From: an uncultured Pelagibacteraceae bacterium
GTDB taxonomy: Bacteria > Pseudomonadota > Alphaproteobacteria > Pelagibacterales > AG-422-B15
DNA: 64,000 nucleotides
Assembly: GCA_902619105.1 (NCBI GenBank)
Contig: CACNCV010000003.1
Coordinates: forward strand, 180,311 to 244,310
Direction: 5' to 3'
Made by a program: the position numbers and the translations under genes. The notes beneath the pieces are model-generated. The model made no database searches. It was not told the DNA's origin and was given only the letters and a program-made list of their open reading frames with translations. Shown here piece after piece: positions 56,896-64,000 of this stretch; within the stretch, counting starts at the first letter, position 1, and every line of letters starts with the position of its first letter.

Positions 56896-57768
56896 TTATT
56901 GAGCTGAAATCCCTCTTATCCTCTCAGATCTTCTCCTTAACAACTCAGTCACAATCAGGATTAATGTTGAAAGCACAATTAAGCATGTAGCAACAGCCAT
57001 GATCGTCGGGCTGAGCTGCTCTCTCAAACCAGTCCACATTTGAAGTGGGATAGTTGTAAGATTTCTATCTCCTCCTGCCACGAATAGAATTACGACAATT
57101 TCATCAAACGAAGTTACAAATGCAAATAAAGCACCAGAGATAATACCAGGTGTTATTAGAGGTAATGTAATCTTAAAAAAAGTATTGGTTGGTGTGCTTC
57201 CGAGACTTGATGCTGCACGCGTAATACTGTCATCAAATCCACTTAAGGTTGCGGTAACTGTTATTACAACAAATGGTGTACCTAAAATAATGTGGGCAAT
57301 GACAATGCCAGGAAAAGTTGCAGCTAATCCTAGTTTTGCCAATGAAAAGAAGATAGCTGAGCCAGAAATAATTAGTGGAATAATCATTGGTGAAATTAAT
57401 ACACTCATGATTAATTGTTTGTAAGGCATGTAACGACTGCTTAGGCCCAGTGCGGCAACTGTTCCAAGAACGGTTGCTCCAATTGTTGAGAAAAATGCAT
57501 AGTAAACACTGTTTCGAGCCGCTATTCCCCAAGGATTTTTTGTTCCATAAACCATATCTTCATACCACCTAAGTGAGAAAGCTTCTGGCTGCAATGCAAG
57601 CATACCGTCAGAAAAGTGGATATATTGCTCAGCATTGAATGATAGTGGTATGATCACAAAAAGAGGTGCAATCAAAAATACAAAAACTGCAGTACAAATT
57701 ACTAAATAAGAATAATGCCAAACTCTGTATCTCATTTCTGTATATTTTGGTAATGCCATATTATCCAA
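56896..57768 (-). CDS. ABC transporter permease (PotC-like)
   Basis: 6 TM helices. EAA-loop region ITRAASSLGSTPTNTFFKITLPLITPG. Confidence 0.9.
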   Translation of the reverse strand: MDNMALPKYTEMRYRVWHYSYLVICTAVFVFLIAPLFVIIPLSFNAEQYIHFSDGMLALQPEAFSLRWYEDMVYGTKNPWGIAARNSVYYAFFSTIGATVLGTVAALGLSSRYMPYKQLIMSVLISPMIIPLIISGSAIFFSLAKLGLAATFPGIVIAHIILGTPFVVITVTATLSGFDDSITRAASSLGSTPTNTFFKITLPLITPGIISGALFAFVTSFDEIVVILFVAGGDRNLTTIPLQMWTGLREQLSPTIMAVATCLIVLSTLILIVTELLRRRSERIRGISAQ

Positions 57769-59008
57769 GCCTCATGTTATCTATGCCAACAATCTTATTG
57801 TACAGCCAGTATACCACTAGCACTGCTATTAAAAGAACTGTTGCCATCGCCGTAGCAAGAGACCAGTCTAGTGATTGCTGCATGTGATATGCTATTCTAT
57901 TACTAATTAAAATTCCCTTCGCTCCACCAACCAATGCAGGTGTTATGTAATAACCAATCGCTAAAACAAATACTAAAATTGATCCTGCACTTATTCCAGG
58001 ATAAGTAAGAGGGAAATAAATCTTTCTAAAAGCATGAAAAGGTGTTGCACCCATTGACGTTGCAGCGCGCATTAAACTTGGAGAAATAGTTTTCATAACG
58101 CTGTAAAGTGGTAAAACCATAAACGGTAATAAGATTTGTGTCATTGCAATGAATGTACCTGTCATATTATACATAAGTTCAAGCCTCGACTCATCTGCAA
58201 CGATTCCCAATGACACCAAGGTATCATTTAATACTCCCTGCTTTTGCAATAAAACCATCCAACTAGAAGTTCTAACTAATAGTGATGTCCAAAAAGGCAA
58301 TAAAACACATATCATCAGTAAATTGGAATAACGTGTTGGAAGAACAGAAAGTAAATGAGAAATTGGATAGGCTAAAATAAAACAACAAAATGTAACACCG
58401 ACTGCTACAAAAATTGTTCTAAGCCACAAGGTTACGTTAATTCTTTTCTTTTCTTCAATTCTTTCAATAGAGCCATCAAATTTTTGTTCAAAATCAAATG
58501 TTGTTAAATACTTTCTAAAATGATAAGCGTCTGTACCTCTTTTCATTGCAAGCCAATACTCGATATCGCCCCATTTTTTGTGAACATCAATGAACTGTTC
58601 TAAAAAATTTCCATTTTCATCAAAGTTTTCTAACTTTCGAGAAGTTTTCTTGATTAAACTTGTAAAACCACCTTTTTCATAATTGAGACGAGTAGCGATC
58701 TTTCCATGATATTTATTCTCAACAGCTGTTTTCAACTCATAATAAAATGTAGAGGTAACATCTTCCCCTGGCATTTCACTTCCATCCCAAGTTTGCATAA
58801 CTTCGTGGGTTTCAGATAAAAATTCATTCATCTGAACATTATCGATACTCCTTCCAAGCATTTGAAAAATTGGGATTACATAAGTAAAAACAATGAAAAA
58901 CAATAAAGGAGCTGCCAGTAAAAAAGCTGTTGTTCTGCGACGTCTTTCAACTTTTTTTAATTTTATGGATAAAAGCTCACCATCGGAGGTTCTGATTTCG
59001 GCAGTCAT
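57761..59008 (-). CDS. ABC transporter permease (PotB-like) with about 150-aa insertion after TM1
   Basis: ATG at 59008 (MTAEIRT). EAA-loop LMRAATSMGATPFHAFRKIYFPLTYPG. Long hydrophilic segment between the first two TM helices. Confidence 0.85.
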   Translation of the reverse strand: MTAEIRTSDGELLSIKLKKVERRRRTTAFLLAAPLLFFIVFTYVIPIFQMLGRSIDNVQMNEFLSETHEVMQTWDGSEMPGEDVTSTFYYELKTAVENKYHGKIATRLNYEKGGFTSLIKKTSRKLENFDENGNFLEQFIDVHKKWGDIEYWLAMKRGTDAYHFRKYLTTFDFEQKFDGSIERIEEKKRINVTLWLRTIFVAVGVTFCCFILAYPISHLLSVLPTRYSNLLMICVLLPFWTSLLVRTSSWMVLLQKQGVLNDTLVSLGIVADESRLELMYNMTGTFIAMTQILLPFMVLPLYSVMKTISPSLMRAATSMGATPFHAFRKIYFPLTYPGISAGSILVFVLAIGYYITPALVGGAKGILISNRIAYHMQQSLDWSLATAMATVLLIAVLVVYWLYNKIVGIDNMRLG

Positions 59009-59072
59009 ATGTGTAAAAGAATACTGAATTTGAAAGACTTGGGCAACCCATAGGTTGCCCAAGTTTTAGACT

Positions 59073-60194
59073 TTATAAGTTAGCTTTCCAAGCTTCCCAA
59101 GCGTCGTTGATTTCAGTGTTGTTATCAGCGTACCACTCTGGGTTCATTAGAACGTAGTTCTCTGTGTTAGCTGGAGCAGTAGGCATGTGAGGCATAATCT
59201 CAACAGCACCTGCTTGCTCAGAATAGAACCATGGCTCATCTGCCATGATCACATCAAGAGAAGAGATACGGAAAGGTGCATAAGCAATGTGCTTTGCACT
59301 TCCAGCTAAACCTTCAGAACTAGTGAAGTACTGAAGAGCTTTCATAGCTTCATCTTGGTTTGGTCCACCTTTAACAAGTACGAAGTACTCATAGTCAAGG
59401 ATCTGACCATCCCATACCATTTTCATTGGTGAACCTTCGTTCACGATAGCATTGAAGTGACGTCCGTTCCAGCCAGTAGCCATAAGAGCTTCACCAGAAA
59501 CTAACTGCTCAGGTGGTTGTGCACCAGCTGACCAGAAAATACATCCACCTTTAGGGTGTGTGCAAAGTTCTGATAATTTATCTAGAGCTCTGTCAATTCC
59601 ATTATCTTCCATGTAATCATACACATCAGAGGCAGGAACACCATCAGCAACTAATGCAAACTCAAGGTTTGACATTGCGCTAGAGTATAGTGATCTTACA
59701 CCTGGGAAAGTATCTGGATCAAAGAAGTCATTCATTGAGTCAGGATATCTTCCTGCGAAGTTTACATTGTCAGTGTTGTAAGCATAGTTCCATGAGTAAA
59801 GAATATTACCCACAGCACACTTACTAGGCATTGGAGCAAAGAAATCGTCACTTGCTTTCATACCGTTAACACCTGCAGGGAAGTCGTTATCGAAATCGAA
59901 TTCTACAAACAATCCTTCGTCACAACCGATAATTGTATCACGTGCATACACATCGATAATGTCCCAAGTAATTGCTCCAGACTCGACCTGAGCTTTAATT
60001 TCACTCAAACCTCCACTGTAGTCGATCCAGTTTACTTGAACGCCACTCATTTCCTGATATGGGTCCCCGTAACCTAGCTTTTGACTTTCTGTATAAGCGC
60101 CTCCCCATGACACCACGTTTACTTCCGCGGCTGTAGCCATAGATGGAGCCACTAATAAAGCAGCCAAAGAGATTAGTTTAGTTAATCTAGACAT
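59073..60194 (-). CDS. Periplasmic substrate-binding protein, PotD/PotF-like (family 1 SBP)
   Basis: ATG at 60194 preceded by AGGAGA. Signal peptide LISLAALLVAPSMATA. The mature protein begins AEVNVVSWGGAY, as in polyamine-type SBPs. Confidence 0.85.
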   Translation of the reverse strand: MSRLTKLISLAALLVAPSMATAAEVNVVSWGGAYTESQKLGYGDPYQEMSGVQVNWIDYSGGLSEIKAQVESGAITWDIIDVYARDTIIGCDEGLFVEFDFDNDFPAGVNGMKASDDFFAPMPSKCAVGNILYSWNYAYNTDNVNFAGRYPDSMNDFFDPDTFPGVRSLYSSAMSNLEFALVADGVPASDVYDYMEDNGIDRALDKLSELCTHPKGGCIFWSAGAQPPEQLVSGEALMATGWNGRHFNAIVNEGSPMKMVWDGQILDYEYFVLVKGGPNQDEAMKALQYFTSSEGLAGSAKHIAYAPFRISSLDVIMADEPWFYSEQAGAVEIMPHMPTAPANTENYVLMNPEWYADNNTEINDAWEAWKANL

Positions 60195-60315
60195 GATTAA
60201 TCGTCTCCTTTTTTTATATAAAGAAATATTACACAAGGCCTTGAGCAAAAACGCAACAAAAAAAAAGATTATTTTTCAACAAATTAATGTTTAATCTACA
60301 TGTAGTATCAAAGAA

Positions 60316-61404
60316 TTAGTAATCTAAAGCTCTGCAGTCATGAGATGACCAGCCAAGGTCTAATTTATCACCTACGTTAAGCTTTAAATCACTGCTCGCG
60401 TTCGGGACTTTTAAAATAAAGTCGTCATTACCAAGAAGATTTACACGCACCCTAGTATGATCTCCATGATAAATAATTTCACGAATCTCACTTGTGAATT
60501 TATTCTCAAGTTGTTCATTCGGGTCAATACTCACTCGCTCAGGTCTTAGAGAAATTCTTGACTTTTCTCCTGAAGAGCTCACAGCAATAGGATTAGCAAC
60601 AATAGTTTCACCAGAGTCAGTTTCAATCTTTGCTGAGCCAGATGCAATTTCTTTCACAGTCCCAGTGAAAGTATTATTTTCTCCAATAAAACTTGCAACA
60701 AACGAATTTACAGGCGTTTCATATAATTCATTTGGCCCAGAAAGCTGTTGAACCTTACCGTCGTTAAAAACAGCAATTCGGTTTGACATAGTCAATGCTT
60801 CACCCTGGTCGTGTGTGACATAAACAACAGTCACTCCTAATGACTCGTGAATATGTTTTAATTCATACTGCATACTCTCTCGTAAATTTTTATCAAGAGC
60901 TCCAAGAGGCTCATCCATTAATACAAGTTTTGGATCAAACACAAGCGCGCGAGCAACAGCAACTCTTTGTTGCTGACCACCAGATAGTTGAGCGGGCATT
61001 CTGTTTTCAAAACCAGTTAATGAAACCATTTTCAAAGTTTTATTAATTCTCTCTTCGATTTCTGATTTATCCACTTTTCTTACTTTTAAAGGAAAAGCTA
61101 AATTTTCATAAACTGATAAATGCGGAAACAAAGCATAATTTTGAAAAACCATACCAATTCCACGTTTGTGAGGAGGAATATTATTGATTGGAAGTCCATC
61201 AAAATATATTTCGCCATTTGTTGGAGTTTCAAAGCCAGCAAGCATCATGAGAGTTGTTGTTTTGCCTGAACCTGATGGTCCAAGTAATGTTAGAAACTCA
61301 CCTTCTGCAATATCTAAGTCGAGACCTTTAACAACAAGCTCTTTTCCATCATAACTTTTATCAACCTGTTCAAATTTAACAAAATCAGACTTTTTTGAAT
61401 TCAT
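60316..61404 (-). CDS. ABC transporter ATP-binding protein (PotA-like)
   Basis: Walker A GPSGSGKTT, signature LSGGQQQRVAVARAL, Walker B LVLMDEP, C-terminal TOBE-like domain. Confidence 0.95.
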   Translation of the reverse strand: MNSKKSDFVKFEQVDKSYDGKELVVKGLDLDIAEGEFLTLLGPSGSGKTTTLMMLAGFETPTNGEIYFDGLPINNIPPHKRGIGMVFQNYALFPHLSVYENLAFPLKVRKVDKSEIEERINKTLKMVSLTGFENRMPAQLSGGQQQRVAVARALVFDPKLVLMDEPLGALDKNLRESMQYELKHIHESLGVTVVYVTHDQGEALTMSNRIAVFNDGKVQQLSGPNELYETPVNSFVASFIGENNTFTGTVKEIASGSAKIETDSGETIVANPIAVSSSGEKSRISLRPERVSIDPNEQLENKFTSEIREIIYHGDHTRVRVNLLGNDDFILKVPNASSDLKLNVGDKLDLGWSSHDCRALDY

Positions 61405-61514
61405 GTCGGTAAGACTAAGGTAAAAATAGTTGGGAATCTAGGAATTTTTGAACTAAATTAAAGCTGACCTTATTGCAAAAATAGATCAGTATTTAACAAG
61501 AAAGACTCTAACTT

Positions 61515-62948
61515 ATGAAAAAATACCAGCACTATATAAACGGTGAATGGACAGATGCCTCAAGCAAAGACCTCATACCAGTTTTGAATCCTGCAAACGA
61601 GGAAATAATTGGTGAAATAACTTGCGGTAAAGATGAAGATATTAATCAAGCTGTAGAGTCCGCTAAAAAAGCATACGAGTCTCGAATTCTTGTGGATATG
61701 AATCCGATGGAACGAGCAAAACTTATGCGACGCATTGCTGAAGAGCTTCGCAAGGTCAGTAAAGAAGGTGGAGCATTACTTTGTGCCGAAAATGGGAAAC
61801 TACTTGCTGCGTCTGAATATGAGTTTGTTGATGCCGCAAACTACTTTGATTACTACAGTGGTTTAACAGATAAAATAGAAGGCCAAACTATTCCTGTAAA
61901 TAGTCAGGTCATGGATTACACAATCTATGAACCTTATGGTGTTTCAGGTCACATTGTTCCATGGAACTTTCCAATTTCAATGATTGCTCGTTCTTTGGCA
62001 TGTTCGTTTGCTGCAGGAAATTCTACAGTCATTAAACCTGCTGAGCTGACACCTTTAGCTACAACATCGTTTTTCGCTCAGGCAATTCATAATGCTGAAG
62101 TTCCAAAAGGCCTAATAAACATAGTCACGGGTTATGGAAGTGAAGCTGGAGCTGCGCTTACTGCCCATCCGGACGTTGCACAAATAACTTTCACTGGATC
62201 TGTAAAGACTGGAAAAGCAATTTTACACGCAGCTGCTGAAAGAGCTGTACCTGCAGTTGTTGAGTTAGGTGGAAAATCAGCTGCAGTTGTTCTGCCAGAT
62301 GCGGATATTGATAAAGTTGTTAATGCAACCAAAGTTGGAATTTTCAGCCAGGCTGGACAAATCTGTTCTGCAATGTCGAGAATGATCGTCCATAAATCTA
62401 TAAAAGATGAAGTGCTTGAAAAGTTATCAAAATTAGCAGCTTCAATTAAAGTTGGCCCTGGCGATGAGGAAGGTGTCGATCTAACGCCTGTTATATCTGA
62501 AGAACAGTTACAAAAAGTTGAAAATTATGCGCGTTCAGGTTTGCAAGCTGGAGCTAAAGCAGTTTCAGGTGGTAACAGAGTAGATAGAAAAGGTTTTTTC
62601 TTTGAACCCACAATTTATTCAGATGTTAAGCCAGATATGACAATCGCACAGGAGGAAATTTTTGGACCATTCTTATCTGTTTTAGATTATGAAGATCATG
62701 AAGAAGCAATCCATATTGCAAATGACACAGATTATGGTTTGGCAGCTGGTGTATTCACTAAAGATGTTGATATGGCTACAAAAACTGCTTCACGTTTAAA
62801 TGGTGGTCAAGTTTATGTGAACAGTTGGTTTACAGGAAGTATCGCAACTCCATTTGGAGGTTATAAACAATCAGGTTACAGCCGTGAGAAAGGTCAACAA
62901 GCAATTAAAAGCTACTTGCAGCTGAAGAACGTTGGTATACAACTTTAA
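61515..62948 (+). CDS. NAD(P)-dependent aldehyde dehydrogenase
   Basis: VPWNFP, ELGGKS (catalytic Glu) and GQICSAMSR (catalytic Cys) motifs. Confidence 0.95.
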   Translation: MKKYQHYINGEWTDASSKDLIPVLNPANEEIIGEITCGKDEDINQAVESAKKAYESRILVDMNPMERAKLMRRIAEELRKVSKEGGALLCAENGKLLAASEYEFVDAANYFDYYSGLTDKIEGQTIPVNSQVMDYTIYEPYGVSGHIVPWNFPISMIARSLACSFAAGNSTVIKPAELTPLATTSFFAQAIHNAEVPKGLINIVTGYGSEAGAALTAHPDVAQITFTGSVKTGKAILHAAAERAVPAVVELGGKSAAVVLPDADIDKVVNATKVGIFSQAGQICSAMSRMIVHKSIKDEVLEKLSKLAASIKVGPGDEEGVDLTPVISEEQLQKVENYARSGLQAGAKAVSGGNRVDRKGFFFEPTIYSDVKPDMTIAQEEIFGPFLSVLDYEDHEEAIHIANDTDYGLAAGVFTKDVDMATKTASRLNGGQVYVNSWFTGSIATPFGGYKQSGYSREKGQQAIKSYLQLKNVGIQL

Positions 62949-62951
62949 ATA

Positions 62952-63581
62952 TTAATCGTTATCTCGAAGACCGGCCCCAGCCCCAGTTTGTTTTGATTGT
63001 TCTGTTTCCTCAACAAAGGTCTCTGTTGACATTTGATATAGCTCATTCCAAGTTTTGCTGGAAAAACTATCTTCATTTTCTAAAATATTAATTTTCACTG
63101 TATTAGCTTTTTTAATAATTAAAGATTTGATTTGATGATCAGCAAGTACACATGTGTTTAGATTGCATTCCACATTAATATCATCAATAGAAATTTCAAT
63201 TCTCTTACCAATTAAATATGAAAGTTTATTTACAAAAGGTAAAAGTAATAATGGATAATCCAGGTTTATAAATTTTAATGCTTTTATTCCATCTACAGAT
63301 TTGTAGTTATCAATTAATTTTAATCCTGTATAGATAGGGCAAAGACTTTTATCATTCAATTTATTAGTTTTTTCAATTTGCTTTGGACCTTCTGGTTCAA
63401 TGCCTTTGATGGTTTTAAAATAATTATTTAAATTTTCTACTCCTGAAATTCCAAACATCTCTATTGAACTTATACATTTTCCAACTTCTTCTGCCACTCC
63501 CCATGAATAACCAATCGCTTTTGCAGCTCTCTTTGATATGGTATTAATTTCACTTGATGATTGCATTAATTGTAAATCCAT
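62952..63581 (-). CDS. Hypothetical protein (possibly DUF3726-like)
   Basis: 209-aa ORF overlapped by 16 nt with the upstream ORF, which suggests co-translation. The family assignment is from memory of size and N-terminal pattern only. Confidence 0.45.
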   Translation of the reverse strand: MDLQLMQSSSEINTISKRAAKAIGYSWGVAEEVGKCISSIEMFGISGVENLNNYFKTIKGIEPEGPKQIEKTNKLNDKSLCPIYTGLKLIDNYKSVDGIKALKFINLDYPLLLLPFVNKLSYLIGKRIEISIDDINVECNLNTCVLADHQIKSLIIKKANTVKINILENEDSFSSKTWNELYQMSTETFVEETEQSKQTGAGAGLRDND

Positions 63582-64000
63582 GTGTCATTTGATTTGTTTA
63601 TTTCGTGCATCAATGGTGCTCCCTGATACATGCAAATTCTCAGCCACTTGTCTGATCGAGGATCAAATTTTTGGGCTCCAAAAAAAGATAATTTTAGTCT
63701 TAGCATATCAATAGGCATCAACTCTGCACCAATGGAGTTGTCTTGAATTTCTGCGTAAGGCAACTTTTCGACAATGTGGCATCTTCTAACAACATGTCTT
63801 AGGTCACTATTTTCCTCTAAAAATATAGATAGTTCTTCATTTTTATAGGATGATAATCTTGCATGAAGTTCTTTAATATCTCTGGCAATTGCTAGAGGTT
63901 GCTCTAATTCAGATCCTGGCTCATCAAAGCGGCTCGCCAGTCGAGGCTCTTCCTTATTTTTTGAAATATACCAAAAATTTTCATTACTTTTATCAATTGA
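63566..64000 (-). CDS. Hypothetical protein, 5' end beyond the window
   Basis: Hand translation shows the frame of listed ORF 63566..63763 (whose first codon is TTG) stays open to nt 64000: ...NFWYISKNKEEPRLASRFDEPGSELEQPLAIARDIKELHARL... No family recognised. Confidence 0.5.
   Translation of the reverse strand, partial: SIDKSNENFWYISKNKEEPRLASRFDEPGSELEQPLAIARDIKELHARLSSYKNEELSIFLEENSDLRHVVRRCHIVEKLPYAEIQDNSIGAELMPIDMLRLKLSFFGAQKFDPRSDKWLRICMYQGAPLMHEINKSNDTWIYN

Noticed and set aside
1-64000. CRISPR arrays, transposons or IS elements, prophage, toxin-antitoxin or known defence systems, and rho-independent terminators.
   Set aside because: I saw no repeat-spacer periodicity, transposase or integrase motifs, or phage structural genes. 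No GC-rich stem followed by a T-run appears at any gene end; convergent genes often overlap by 4-7 nt instead.

Overview
AT-rich, very gene-dense window: I call 74 CDS, 1 tRNA and 1 SRP RNA. Most neighbouring genes are under 10 nt apart or overlap by 1-8 nt. It reads as chromosome of a streamlined marine alphaproteobacterium, Pelagibacterales/SAR11-like. Support for that: GcrA, a membrane-anchored CycM-type cytochrome c, class I LysRS, ffs directly upstream of dnaX-ybaB-recR, and an Alph_Pro_TM-type protein. I saw no rRNA, CRISPR array, transposase, integrase, phage gene or convincing rho-independent terminator.

Layout:
- 1-9.9 kb: housekeeping genes (NlpC/P60, ampG, cycM, kdsB, pheA, nudC, ffs, dnaX-ybaB-recR, def-fmt-truA).
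- 9.9-13.05 kb: an experimentally uncharacterised triad of circularly permuted ATP-grasp, alpha-E and transglutaminase genes. It is preceded by an atypically long 333-bp spacer.
- 13.4-18.7 kb: rpmH-rnpA-yidD-yidC-argB-dapD-dapE on the minus strand.
- 18.8-29.9 kb: tRNA-Arg, transporters, M48/PDZ lipoprotein, gcrA, argD-argF, trkH, folE, lysK, pyrD.
- 29.9-43.2 kb: an acyl-CoA/unsaturated fatty-acid beta-oxidation cluster. It is interrupted by a translationally coupled TSUP / Alph_Pro_TM / CcdA membrane trio and by an orphan rfbA-like / YbaK-like / Nudix trio.
- 44.0-48.8 kb: a tightly coupled esterase / GPH symporter / galactokinase / GH1 operon.
- 48.8-56.9 kb: small redox and detoxification genes, including three different GST-type genes in a row.
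- 56.9-64 kb: a Pot-like ABC importer with an enlarged permease, a divergent aldehyde dehydrogenase and two unknown genes.

The ORF track misses rpmH and ffs and over-extends several N-termini. All functional calls come from motif recognition by eye; no database search was run.
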